A stretch of 64,000 nucleotides of DNA from Azolla caroliniana (taxonomy: Eukaryota; Plantae; Polypodiophyta). A program made the translations under genes and the position numbers. The stretch spans positions 434,001 through 498,000 of the forward strand of contig JBHGNT010000021.1 of assembly GCA_043228905.1 (NCBI GenBank), read 5' to 3'. The notes beneath the pieces are model-generated. The model was not told where the DNA came from. It saw only the letters and a list, made by a program, of their open reading frames with translations, and did no database searches. This document shows, in pieces, positions 13,319-26,689 of the stretch; position 1 is the first letter of the stretch, and each line of letters opens with the position of its first letter.

Positions 13319-16300
13319 ATGTCTGGCCTCTGCTTCTGCTTCTCTCGTGGTTCCTCTACAGAGAAGCTAAGCTCTGTTATACCTTCATCTTCTACTGTGG
13401 CAACAAAATTGCCTTTCCAGTCATCAGAACATTCTGGTTCATCAAAGTCATTGAGCCCACTACTAGTAGAGCTCTTCACATCACAAGGATGCAGCTCATG
13501 CCCCCCTGCAGATCTAATTATTTCAAAGCTTGGTCAACAAAGAGGAGAAAAAGATGAAAGAGGAGAATCGGAGAAAGAAAGAGAAATAGATAGAAAACGA
13601 GAAGGGGAAGATGGAGATGTAAAAAATAGAGACAAAGAAGATTCTAGAAGCAATGAACCTGACCAGATCTCGAAGCTTCCACCTGTAATTGCATTGGCTT
13701 ATCATGTGGATTATTGGGATTATCTAGGATGGAAGGACCCCTTTGCATGCAATCGATGGAGTGGTAGGCATCGAAGCTATGGTGAAGCTCTCCAACAAGA
13801 TAGTATCTATACGCCAGAGGTGGTTGTCCAGGGTCGTTTGCATTGTATTGGCTCGAACGTGGAATTGGTTTCCGATCTCATTGAATCTGCCCCGAGATTC
13901 CCTGCTCTGGATGTTCGGGTAAGAATGCTTCTGCTGGAGCCTTTTGTTTTTGCTGGTTTTTAGTTTTGTATTGGATATGGCGTTAATCAGGATGATAGTG
14001 ATCATCACCCAAAGGAAATGCAATGCATCTATGTGAGTGATAAGCTACAATGATGATGGTATTATGGATGATGTCTATGTTCACGATGGTGATCAGGATA
14101 ATAATGGTGACCCAAAGGAAATGCAATGTATCTAGTGATAGAGAGGATGATGATGAGAAGATGTATTGGCATTCACAGGGCGCCAACTTAATCTCTGGGA
14201 TCAACTATAATTAGAAGTACTCGCCCCAACTTTTAATACCAAAATCTGCCCATGGGACAATTGATTACAGTAATGGGATATGTACTCAATCATTGAAAAT
14301 AAAAAATAAAAGAAACATAAATAAAAAAGTTCTAGTGTGGTACAAAAAATGTTATGACGTGTAACATGTTCTATAAAGAAAAAGGCTTTGTCATAAGACT
14401 ATTGTTTCATTTCAATCCAAGTCCCTCGAAAAAGGGGGGGGGGGGTGTTGACAGGTTTCGATGTAGGTGTGCCCCATGGTTTCAATGTAAATTGTATCTT
14501 GACCATGATAGCTTCTAGGCGGGGTGAGTCCCGTTTCTTATCTTCTCATATCCTTCTACATGACAACGAGTGGCTTTGAAGCCCGGTATCTGAGGGCATT
14601 TGGTTGCTCTTTGGTTTTTTGCGTTAGTGAGGGAGAGGCTGAGTGGTGTAGTGTGTCCACGTTCATCGTTCCCCTTGTACTTGAAAAAATTCAATGGTTA
14701 TGAGTTCATGGCTATTAGAAAGGTTATAGTAAACATTTTGTAGCTTAGTCTCTCTATGTTGTATTAGCTCTAAGATATATGTACGTAGTGTCTTTATGTT
14801 TGAGGTATCTACTAATTGGGAGAGGGTGGGATAGATTCGAACTTTGCATGTAAAATGGTACTCATCCTTAGCAATGGGCACGGTTTCGGCTCAAACCGAA
14901 CCGAACCGTTAAACCGTGGCTTAACGGTTTATCGGTTCAAAATTAAATAATGAGTTTGGTTTGGTTTAAAGAATGAAAGTTCGGTTTGGTTTCGGTTCGG
15001 TTCGGTTTAACATTTATCGGTTTATCGGTTTATCGGTTTATCGGTTTTATCGGTTTAACGGTTTCTATTAATTTGGTTCGGTTTATAGGTTTATAGGTTC
15101 TTACCCTAGCCCTAAATTTTCAATTTTATAAATTATACCCTTCCTAAATTTTCTATTTTATAAATTATACCCTTCTTATTTTTACTATGGACCTAATACT
15201 AGTTAGTAGTAGTAAGTACATACTACATATTACAAACTATAGGGTATGATACAGACAGTCTACAGACACAACTATCGAACAGACACACTGTGTATCTACT
15301 GTTAACTACAGACAGACACAATTATCGAACAGAAACACAGGCGGCATTGTGCAGGCTGAGGCGGCAACCACCAATCACCACTTCATTGCTCTTCAGACTC
15401 CAAACTCTCCATAACACAGGTATGAATCATGATCCATAACACAGGCTGAGACACTCCAAACTTTTTTTATAGATGTGTGGTTTGCATATATGAGAATATG
15501 GGTATGTGAGTTAACGTGTGTGCATACATGTGAGAGAAGAGAGATTTGTATGTAAGCAAATATGAGATCAATACGAGTATGTGAGTTTATGCTCGATTGA
15601 ATAATCAGTAATATATGTATATGTATGTGTTTGTGAGCGAGTATCTTGAACTGGTATAATGTTTAAATCTATACTGGACTCCTGCAACTATGTTCTCTTT
15701 CGAATACTTGTTGCTTATCTCGAATAGCTTCAACTATGTTCTCTTTCGATATTTCTGTGATCTGTTTTGACATGATCTTAATGTACACCAATGCTCGTTA
15801 GATTTTCATTGAAAGGAATAATATTTCTTGGAGTTCTCAGTCCACGCTATCTGACTGAAGGAGTATCAATTGTATATGCTGAAATTAGAACACCTGCAAA
15901 TACACCTGCAAGAACATAACTAACTTAGAAAGACTGTATCATTATATTATAAAGTACTGAAAGTCTTCACCATTCATATCAAACATTGATGTTCATTGCT
16001 CATTTTCTGAGCCATTAAGATTGCATGTTTATTGTTTATTTTCTGGGTGGAGTAAACATAGATGATCATTATTTATCTTCAGAGTAGAGTAAATATGGTT
16101 ATCCACTGTTTATCTGGTTATTGATGTTAACATAAATGCACATTCTATATTTTGTGAGTAGAAAAACATGGATATCGAGTATTTATGTGGTGAATGGAGC
16201 ATTTTAAACATGGACGTCCATTGTTTATTTTGTGAGCAGAGTAAACAATAACATCTATTATTTACCTTATGAGCATTGGGGGCATGAGTGTCAGTTGTTT

Positions 16301-19300
16301 ATCCTGTCAGAAAATATGGATGTCCATGGATTATCCTGTTAATGAGAGTAAACATGGGTATCCATTGTTTATTTAATGATTGGAGTAAAGTAAACATGGA
16401 TGTCCAATTTATCTGGTGATTAAGGTAAACATGGGTGCGCGGTCATGGGTTAACTTGACAACTTGGATTTGCATCGTTTATCTTGTGAGTAGAGTAAACG
16501 GTGGTGTCCATTGTTTATCTGGTTAGTGAAGTTAACACGAATGTTTTATTGAGTGATTAGAGTAATGGGCATGTCTATCTTTCTATGTTTGCCATTGGAC
16601 ATAATGGTCGTTTTACTGTTCTTAGCTAACTTAGCAAACTTTCTACTTCATTTATTTTTCTCATTATAATGTACATATTTGAAATGTGCTAATTGAGTTA
16701 ATTGAATTTTATAGGACACCATAAAATGGAATCATCATCTCAAACTGATGCTGCAATGAACTCATCTTCATTTGATGTTAGTCGTGGGTCAACAAGTAGC
16801 TCAAGAAAAAGGCTACGCACATCATGGACAGATGCTCACATCATATTTTATATGGATAATGGCACACCTCGACGACGATGCCATCATTGCCATGTTTGTT
16901 GGTCTTCTACAACATCCACAGGCACTATAGCCAAACATTTAGCAGAAAAGCATCGTTTATCAAGCGACCCAGACCAAAATTCAGGTATATCACATCACAT
17001 TCAATCTTCAATTGAGTCAGCTAGAGTATCTCATGTTTTAGAGAAGAAAATTGATGCTGCCATCGTGAAGTATATTGTGAAGGGAACATTGCCCCATGCA
17101 CATGTGGAATCACCTGAATTTAAGGAATTCATGCAACAAATTGTACCTGGATATCAAGTAAAGTCAAGACGTACAATTAAGCGTTCTATCCTAGAAATGT
17201 ATGTGGTGTTGCGTCGTCAGGTGATAGATTTGCTATCAAAATGCCAATCAAGATTTTCCATAACATTTGATGGTTGGTCAAATAGTAGTTTGAAGGGCTT
17301 CTACTCAGTGACACTTCATTGGGTATGTCATGAGACAGCAAGGTCAAGGTCAATGTTATTGGATTTTGTGCATGTATTTCCAGGTGTTGGATCAGGGAAG
17401 CGTTGTGCACATGCCCTTTTTGCTCGACTTCGATCCTTTGATATTTCTAGTCGACTCTTAGCTACAATTTTTGATGGAGCGAGTGATGCACAAGTAGCTG
17501 CAAAAGAGTTGAGCATGTTGTTACAAGATGAGCATGGTAAGGAAATTTTGGCTCCATCACATATGTTAAGATGTATGGTTCACACTTTTCAGTTGGGTAT
17601 CAAGGCAGCATTAGAGGTTATCTCACCCTCAACAGAAAAGTTGAGAACAGTGCTCCATACTATTAGATCTAGCAAGGTTCGAAGGGAAGTGTTTAGGAAG
17701 TATGCTAGGATGGTTGAGCATCATGAAAGGGAACCCCCAAGGCTCGATGTTGTTACAAGATGGAATTCTACCTTGGAAATGTTTAGGCAATCTATCAAAG
17801 ATAAAGATGTATTGAACTTTACAATTTCAGATTTAACAATATCAAGTGATTTCAATGGTAATGTCTTGACCAGAGAAGATTGGAGTCACATACATGCCAT
17901 GGCGGAATGGCTAGATACACCGGCCGAGGTTTCTACTTTTTTGGGAGGCTCAAAATATCCTACATTATCACTAGCATCGCTAGCATATAATTGTTTACTA
18001 AATCATTGCAATCAATTTTTAGATTCTTCGCTTCCAGGATCATCTAGATTTACACAAGAGGTGCTTCAAAGAGCATCTGAGAACTGCTTGCAATATTTAA
18101 TTAAGTATCAAGAATCGTTAAAGTCTATTCCATCTCGCATAGCAATGTTTCTTGATCCCAGGTAATGCTTACCTTTATATCGTACAATTATCATCATGAT
18201 TTCTGATTTTTTATTTGAGTTTAAAACCGTTTTATTTGTTTGATAGATTGCCTCTTCCAAATAATCATACAGAAAGAGAGTTAGATATTAAGTTGGTTGA
18301 AAGCATGATTGAGTCCCACTATCACTCGTTCTCGAGTGATGTTGAACCACGTTCGGCTTCAACCACAATACATGAAAATGATAAGAACTCTAAAATTTGG
18401 ACGTTAATGGGTGTAAATAATAAAAGTCTTATTTCCGATTCACAGTCAGAAATTCAGCACTTTATGAGACTTCCTTCGGCTAGCACGGATAAGGATCCTT
18501 TACAATGGTGGAATGAAAATAAATCGGCAATGCCTTCACTATATAGGATGGCATGTGATTACCTCAGTATACCAGCATCATCAGTACCTGCTGAAGAGGC
18601 TAATTCGGCAGCAAAAATGACCTTTGATAATAGGATAAAACTACATTCATGCACTTTCAAAGCTGAAATGTGCGTTCGATCATGGATGAATGTTTTAAAA
18701 GAATGTAATGTTCAAATGTTAGATAATTTTCACATCAGTTATGCGGAACTAACAATGAATTTGGATGATCTTGTTGCTGAAGACGAGGTAATAGATTACA
18801 TATCGCATGATAGTCAAAGGAAGATTAAGGTATGCATACTTGTTACTTGGTTGTTTTTTGTTTGAGTCTTTACTTAAAGTTTTATTAATAATTACTTACT
18901 TGTTTTTATGTATTTTATATGTACAGGAATCATGTTGATTTTTGACATGTTAACGACAATAGTGGTTGCAATTGGAGATCTTCAAAGTCATTGTAATTTT
19001 TATTACATGTTGTTTACTATTTTGTTTTTAGTCGATTCTTTAAATTTGTTATTATGAATTACTTAATTCTTTTGTATATTTTATGCTTTCAGAAATCCCT
19101 TATTCAAATATTGGAAACAAAAAGCTGGATTAAGTCCTATGGTCCATGGATTTGGAAAATTGGAACTCTATTATATGGATTGTTGTTCTTAATTGGAAAA
19201 TTGGAACTCTACTGAATGGAAATTTGGAACTCTATTGTATGGAATTTCGGAACTCTATTGTATGGAATTTTGGAACTCTATTGTATGGAATTTTGGAACT

Positions 19301-22282
19301 CTATTGTATGGATTTTTGTTATCATTCCAAAAAACATTTATCTTTTTATGTAATATCTTATCATGTTTCACAAATTAACAATTTTCAGAAAATGTGTTGT
19401 GAATTTCTGTTATTTTATAGTGTTATAGTCTTTGATTTGGTACAATTTATTGTTTCGTGTTGGTTGGATTATGTCAAAACCAATTTGGTTTGGTTTGGTT
19501 TTGATGTTTGATACACTGGTTTGGTTTTGATTTTTGGTAAACCGGTTCGGTTTGGTTCTACATTTTACATAAACGGTTTGGTTTTAAATGGTTTGGTTTC
19601 TCATACCTATTAAACGGTTTGGTTTAAATGGTTTGGCTTAAATAGTTTGGTTTAAATGGCTTCAAATTTTTTAAATGGTTTGGTTTGGTTTTTTTTATGA
19701 ATAACCGGTTTGGTTTGGTTTGGTTTGGTTTCAAGGTCAAGAAACCGAACCGAACCGAAACCGAACCGCGCCCATTGCTACTCATCCTCTATCTCTCTAT
19801 GACATAATCTACATTTCCTTTCCTCTCGAGGAACTCCATTAGCACAACCATTTTCAATCCCAAGTTGGTGGGATGATACTCCAAGTTGTCCAAATGACAA
19901 CCCTTAATGCATTTGGTAAGAACATATCTAGATATTTTGGTCGTATAATAAATCTTAACTTAAGAGAAATGCATGAAGTGCTCTCAAAGTGTGATACTTG
20001 CATAGTCGACTACTCTCAACCCTTGTGTCCTAACTTTCTGTCTGACATTGCAATACACATGAGCTAGGTTGCATGGAAGCAATGGTTTGGATGGCAGACA
20101 ATGGGATGTGTTCTAACATGTATTCATGTGTGCGAATTTGTTGTTTGGCGAAGAATATAGATTTGGAGTTAGGTGCAACATAGATGAAGCTAGTGATGCA
20201 TCATGAAGCAAGTGTGTGGCATCCTATATTCCGAATCATTTTTCCATATCTTGCATCCAAATAGAACATAAAAATTAGCATTTATGTGTCTTTTGGATCT
20301 TTTGGAGAGAGAGAGAGGATGGCAAAAACCCATGGTTAGGAAAGGCTCTATTTTTCGGCACTTGGGGTATCCAATTGGGAATGAATGTTACGAATGGTGA
20401 ATTGATCGAATTGATGTCTAGTAAGTTAGGGTATAAGTCCATGTATTGTAAGTCACAATGTTGGCCATTGTACGTACACCTAAAGGTTGTACAATGTATT
20501 ATGGAACCATGGTATTATATTACTTGCGATTGTTGCCATGGACAAAGGCTTTGCATTTTGTTTTGCAACCTCTTTTATATTTGTTGTGGAGGCAAAGGGA
20601 TAATATGGGAATCAAATGGGTTGTGTGGAATCATCTATGAACACCTAAGCCCTTGGACTTATCTATGCATATGATGGCTCATAGATTTTCATTTTTGCAA
20701 GATGTGATCAAACTCACAATCATGGATATCTTTTATTTAATATTTTATTGAAAACAAGGTTTAATATATGGGAGGACATTGATTAAGGGTTCATGGTGGC
20801 AATTACGGAGCAAATGTATTTGACTTAGGATTCCTTGGTCTTCATGGTTCATGGCAAGAAGCTCTCTCGCTATTTGTATGGAAATCATCATCTAGTAAAG
20901 AGCATTGTAATTTAGTGCAAAAAAAGTTAATTGTGTCTTCTCGGTTATTATATTGGCCTAGAAAGGAGAGATCGTGCTCTTAGTTTAATCACATGTTTTA
21001 TTTGGGGGTTATAGAGGCGGGAGATATAATTGAGGCTCCATCTCAAAAAACTTTGGAGCTTGTTGAAGTACCTCAATTATTACGCATCTTGCCCAATGAT
21101 TGGTTTACCTTGCAACAACTACAAAATATTGCATTAATGTAAGGTTCATTACTGTTACAACCAAAAGAGAAATCGTGGTTTGATTAGTGTTTACAAGGTC
21201 ATATGCGGATTTTACAAGTGACTACTAATCTCTTGTATCAGTGTCTACTAAACTCTGAGCATAGATAGTGGCAGATCATACAACCTGGTTGGCATTTTAC
21301 ATTTCACTTGTAGCAGAGGTCTTCATTTGGAGAGTTTTGATTGGGGTTTTGCTTGTGGGATAAACTCTAAAACGATGAGAAATAGCAATGGGTAGTTGCT
21401 TCTTTTGCATTGTTCAAATGGAAGATAGTACTCATCGTTCATACAGTGCTTGATTGCTTGTTAGATTTGGAGTTATGTTTATCACATTCGGTTAGGTTTA
21501 TCACGGTTTTATTTGATGCTAAAGACAGTGGGTGTTTGCACAATTCACATAGGTCGACCCAAATTAGAGATGGAAATTGTTTTTCTACTTCTAAGATATT
21601 AGGGATTGTGTCATAATTGGGATATCCGCAATGCTTTTGTGTTTGATGGTAGGCATGGAGTCAAAAGCATGTTTGTGAAAGTTGAAGGGAGCACTGATGT
21701 GATATATTTTTTTATATGGGCAAGTGGAAATTCTTTTCTCAGTGGAGTGTTTGTCTTGCCTATATGCAATTTAACATATTCCACTACCCGTGTAGTTAGT
21801 GGGTGACCGTACTCCATTGTGACACTCATTGTAAGTAGTGGTTGTACACACATTTATTAATATAATTGGTGTTTGAGAGAGAGAGACAGAGAGAGAGATT
21901 TTATACCTTTTATCTCAATCAGGTTTCTTTCTCGAGGCCAAACCCATCAGAGCTCCAACTGACGCTAAGTGTATCCTTGAGAGTTAAGGTCGAGGGAAAT
22001 GTTGATGCAATGGTAGCCATTTTTGAGAATGGACTGGTGACAGATTGTTGCAAGGGCGAAAATAGAGGACGAGTTCTCACAAATGATCGCATTGTAAGAA
22101 GCCTAGAAAAGGTTTGCACCTTGCAAGCACCTGTAACTAAAAAGCCCACGCGGGGACAAGTTAACATTAAGCTTTGGGAAGGATATACAAAAGCTAAGTG
22201 TGGAATGGTTGTTTTCCTTCAAAATCCTTCTTCAATGGAGGTCGTTGGAGCTCAGCTTTTAGAGTTACCCAACGATGCATGA
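13319..22282 (+). CDS. DUF1223-family thioredoxin-like CxxC protein; exons 13319..13918 and 21923..22282 (319 aa), 8,004-bp intron
   Basis: Family motifs VELFTSQGCSSCPPAD, YHVDYWDYLGWKDPF, IYTP and GEN.GR.L.ND.IVR. Phase-0 donor CGG|GTAAGA and acceptor ATCAG|GTT are in frame. Confidence 0.9.
16020..16570. repeat. Degenerate array of roughly 40-50-bp units in the hAT leader intron
   Basis: GAGTAAACATGGATGTCCATTGTTTATC recurs about 10 times. Confidence 0.75.
16726..18938 (+). CDS. hAT transposase (BED finger, DDE core, dimerisation domain); exons 16726..18161, 18247..18829, 18927..18938 (about 676 aa)
   Basis: Motifs CHHC...HLAEKH, ITFDGWS, IFDGASD, CMVH, TRWNST, FLDPR and DPLQWW...YLSIPASSVPAE. 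GT-AG introns preserve the frame. Probable 5' UTR intron 15420..16714. Confidence 0.9.
19150..19312. repeat. Tandem repeat of about 22-23 bp in the hAT 3' region
   Basis: TGGAA(A/T)TTTGGAACTCTATTGTA repeated about 6 times. Confidence 0.88.
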
Positions 22283-25138
22283 TAGATATCGTATCTCAAT
22301 AAAAACTCTTTGATTGATGAACATAGTTATGTATGAAAGATAGAGGAGAGGGTACATGCCCTATTGTTGTATAATTTTTTATATTGTATTTTCCCTTGTA
22401 TCAATTCAAATTCTTTTATGAGTAATCATGTGTACGTACATATATTTTTATCTTGGGTTTACTGATAGGGCATATCTTAATGTGGCGAGTAACTTGAGCA
22501 TTTTGATCATCCTGTGTATTCTTGTAGAATGGTTTGAAATTCTTTATCCATTTGAGCTCAGAAAAATCTCCTTATTAATTCATATGAATTTTCAAACATG
22601 GAAGTATATATGTCCATGATGTTCCAATCAAAATTTTACTTTGGACATGTAGTTTGCTGAAGTAGACCCCATGATATGTATTTTGGGTTTGGTGGTCTTC
22701 AACCATCACCATCACCATTACCATCGCCATCGCCTATGCTTTGTTTTTAAAAGAGATGTCATCCCATCAATGTTGGAATTTAAAAGAGACTGATCCTCAT
22801 CTGCATTTTGGTTTAAAAGAGATCCCTACCAAAATTAGACCCAAATTGATTTGACCTTTTGTCAACCAATACCCAAATTGATTGCTACTCCTTATTGAAA
22901 CAACCTTTCCGGGCTCTCTTTATTTCAGAATGACTTGCTTTGCTAGGAAATCGTAGAGATTAGATTGTAGTTGTTGTTGACTCCAATGGATATCGCAATC
23001 CTCTTTTTCTGAAGATCAATTTACAATAATTAAGATGTGTGATTATTTAATTGCTAGTAGGCATGTCATAGTTGATAATTCATCACTCTAATTTTTGAAG
23101 CTTAATTTGTTCATTAGAAGCTCCCTTAATTAGTCAAAATCGTAGGTTTATATCTTAGTTAGAGCTCAATCGCAAAAAATGCTAAATCAATTTACCTTTC
23201 ACCCTAAATATTGATTGTGGTACTCTATGGAGAACATCTTAGAAGAACATATTCTCATAATCCAGTTATTCCGTTGGTAAAGCTATGGCTTCCTCCCTAT
23301 GTGAAAATTAGTTGAAAGGATGGCAAAACTTTCGTAATTAACAATGCCCAAATTTGTGACATAACAAACCAAATGACTTCAACAAGTAGGCTTGCAAGGA
23401 AATGCCAAATTGTGCTTGGTATCTCCTCAATCATTGTAGAAAAACTGGCCCCATTTGAATTTGTTGGTGTTTTAAACCAGCCCGAAAGGTAACCTTGATC
23501 ATCATTGGCTAACCGATGATTTCATGTAGAATTCCAACAATAAAGCCCTATTATGTTGTGATGTTTCCTTCTCAAGATCTATAATTTAATTTCAAATTTG
23601 GTTTGAAGTTGAGAACAGCTACCTCAGAACCTTATAGTTGCACAAGGTTTGTGCTATGTGCTTTAGTAGATAATATGTGTAATGCATCAATTGATTTTTG
23701 TAATGTAGAAGGTTGATATGGTCAGTTGAACAACTTCCAAGCCAACAAGAATAAAGGTGTTGGGGTATTGAATGTAATTGTGAATCAGGTGTATCACATA
23801 TTGCATATTCTCCTATCTATCATAAGTAAATAAAACAATAAATAACCGTAAATTTAAAAGTGTAACATCCTTGCAAGTTGCATGTGTATATCTAGAATTG
23901 AAATTAGTATAAATCATCATCTGCTTGCTACCCGATGATTATCCTATCTTCTCAAACTAATAATACACTATTCAACACATCTTCATGATATAAAAAGTCA
24001 TAAAGTGTTTTCAATGATATAGTCTATTGGTTATTTGTTCACGTCTCAATGTTCATATCCATCATTTGCATTCAACAACAAAAGTAGCCGGCGGGATCGT
24101 GGGTATCTTGTATAGATATTGGTTTGAACAATTTCTTCACGATTGACCGTTCCGAGTTTGTTGCACAAGAGCAAAATACATCATTGACATTGAATTTGCC
24201 TTTACTATTCACTGACTTTCAAAACATTTCTAACATTTGACACAAGCAGATAAATGCATGCATTATTTGGCAATTTGGTAATCTCACCAAAAAACAAAAA
24301 TTGCATAGTGTCTAGGTTGGAATTTCTAGATTGTTGGTGTATTTCCTTGTAGAAGATATTTCCCATGCATGGTTCTTCATACCAAAATATTTCATTAAGA
24401 ACAAACCTTATAAGGATATAAGACCTACGTTCACAATATTTAACTCACTTGTCCGCCTTTCCAAGAATTTATAACATATAAATCCAAAATGTGTCATTGT
24501 TTCATTGTTTCATTGCTTTCAAGAGGACAAATGTGTTATGTTTTGGAAGTTAGTGTTCAAAGAGGCCATCAGCTCAGAATCCTAACTTTATATTTAGGAT
24601 CTTACATTGTGATATTCAAGTGTGTATGTATGCAAGTTCTTGTTCATATTTAAATGAATGTGTGGAGAGGAGAAAAAGGACAATGGTAAGGCACACTATT
24701 CTTGTTCAACTTTATGGATGCTCTTCACATTTATCCATTGGCATCTTCATTTGGTTTTGTTGGTTATGATCTTGTCCAATACAATGTATGTTAGTGCGAA
24801 AAAAAGTCTAATTCTGAATATTGTCCTATAATAATATGGCAATCGGCAAAATGTCCACAAAAAAGTTCAATAAATTAAGGTCCAATTACTATGTAACAAT
24901 TGAGTGAAGAGAAGAGACCAAGTAAGACCAAGTATATTTACGAAGGAAGCAATCTAGACAACAAAAAGTTGCTCAATCAATACATTCAATGGACACTTAA
25001 CCATTATTGGTTTATATGTTATATGCAATAATATCTAACATTGCATAGGCCGTACAATCTACACTTTCCAAAAGGTGCAGCATGAAAGATAAGACTTTAC
25101 ATGTACAATCATAGCATTCTTTCCAAACTTGCGCACTA

Positions 25139-25370
25139 TACCTTTTAACATGCACGTCATTGCATGGATCATGTGCAAAGGATCAAATGAACAGGATGAT
25201 AAAGAAGGGGTTAAAATGTGGGAGTATCATTCAGAAGAAAAACCTAACTTTATACCTTTAACTTGCACATCATTGCATGGATTGCATGTGCAAAGGATAA
25301 AATGAGTAGGACAATCGAGAAGAGGGTTATAGTATGGGAGTACCATTCAGAAGGAAAACCTAACCATATT
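25139..25370. repeat. Imperfect tandem duplication of about 113 bp
   Basis: ATACCTTT.AC.TGCAC.TCATTGCATGGAT...CATTCAGAAG.AAAACCTAAC occurs twice. Confidence 0.8.
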
Positions 25371-25994
25371 GTTCATATCCATTTCCTTTTACCATTAAAT
25401 GCATTGCCAAATAAGCAAACTAAATTGTTTTAATGTTACTTGAGCAATTTCTGTAAACGAAGTGTAATAGAGAAGTTATTAGTTTGCTATAATTGCACGT
25501 GTCCTTTCCTAAAATGCACTCGGCTTTAGATCACATACACATAATACACCTTTAAAATACAAATAAGCTCTAATTCTCTGTGCATATATCTCCGTATCTT
25601 TATCATGGTTCAGCACCGTTCAAATAAAAATATATATTGTCTAAGGCGATCAAATCATCCATGGACAAATACATAACCATTCAATATATATATATAACTT
25701 CCATGCAATTGTGGATGACAGTGATGAACTAAATTTGATTCTTTTCTGTTAATCATAAATCATCTAAATTCATCACATGACTACTCTCTGGGCGTGCATG
25801 GAATCCAATGTATCAATGCAGTTTCACACCTTTTTCCTCACTCCCAGGATTCACATTATCCATAACTTCCCATGTTGGTTTCGAAGCTTTTCTTTCTGCA
25901 TACATACTCATAGGCTCAAACATCTATATGTTAAACAAGTCATTTGCCTTTGAAAAACAATTCACTACCAATTAAAAAATGTTTGTTATAACAT

Positions 25995-26375
25995 ATTTCT
26001 AACATAAATTATCAATGATTTCATGCATGTGCTGTGCTGATTTCTTTGGAACAAGTGTTAATTGTGCTCAGTTGTGTAACACATTTTCTAAAAAGACTTA
26101 TCAACACCGTTAAGAATTTAACTGCAATTACATCAATAGAGTCACAAGTCATTCAATAGGTTGTGAACAGAAGACATGACATACTTTATTTCTAACATAA
26201 ATTATCAATGATTTCATGCATATGTGCTGTGGTGATATCTTTGGAACAAGTGTTATTGTGCCCAGTTGTGTAACACATTCTAAAGAGAGTTATCAACACT
26301 GTTAAGAATTTAACTGCAAATACATCAATAGAGTTGCGAGCCATTCAATAGGTTGTAAACAGAAGACATGACATC
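25995..26375. repeat. Tandem duplication of about 193 bp downstream of the kinase
   Basis: ATTTCTAACATAAATTATCAATG...AGAAGACATGACAT occurs twice. Confidence 0.88.
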
Positions 26376-26689
26376 TTTTATTTCCCTTTCACAAAAATGT
26401 AGACAATTCAGGTTATAAAAGATCATGGTCTTGAATCTCATAATATTTACCTCCCCAGGAAATACACAAGGCATTTACAATTGATCTCAAATGATGTACA
26501 TCCCCAGAGGATTGTATCCACTTAGGGAATGATGTACATAATGCAAAGATTTCCGAGACCCTTAATAAAGACACTCGGAGACTATCACCATTCTTGATAG
26601 CTCTTTCATGTACCCTAAACAATATGCAATTATAAAATAGAACAATAGCGTAACCAATCCTCAACTAAAAATACCTTCAAGAACACAAG

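Larger units (their letters stand above)
14869..19780 (+). mobile_element. Full-length hAT (Ac-like) DNA transposon, 4,912 bp
   Basis: TIR TAGCAATGGGC(A/G)CGGTT (17 bp, 1 mismatch). Perfect 8-bp TSD CTCATCCT at 14861..14868 and 19781..19788. Dense subterminal AACCG/CGGTT repeats at both ends. Empty site at 63930..63937. Confidence 0.97.
1..19851. repeat. Segmental/tandem duplication, copy 1 (includes the hAT insertion); left end lies outside the window
   Basis: The sequence and the ORF track recur at +49,068. About 10 substitutions are visible (near 896, 3037, 4165, 4677, 4993, 6205, 6578, 7040, 7231, 12375), plus one extra G in the poly-G near 14434. Confidence 0.97.
14440..20070 (-). mobile_element. 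3' remnant of a non-LTR (LINE) ORF2, split by the hAT insertion
   Basis: With the hAT removed (as in copy 2) it reads VSSHQLGIENG...REERKCRLCHREIEDEYHFTCK, the LINE C-terminal Cys/His knuckle. Confidence 0.75.

Noticed and set aside
13319-13963. DUF1223 as bacterial contamination or recent HGT, and the 214-aa ORF as the whole gene
   Set aside because: The gene has a spliceosomal intron with exon 2 at 21923, and the family is already known in plants.
16702-18865. Two transposase ORFs as a frameshifted pseudogene
   Set aside because: An 85-bp GT-AG intron (18162..18246) joins them in frame.
22700-25100. Possible Helitron or other TE remnant
   Set aside because: It looks like decayed coding DNA, but I found no diagnostic motif or termini.
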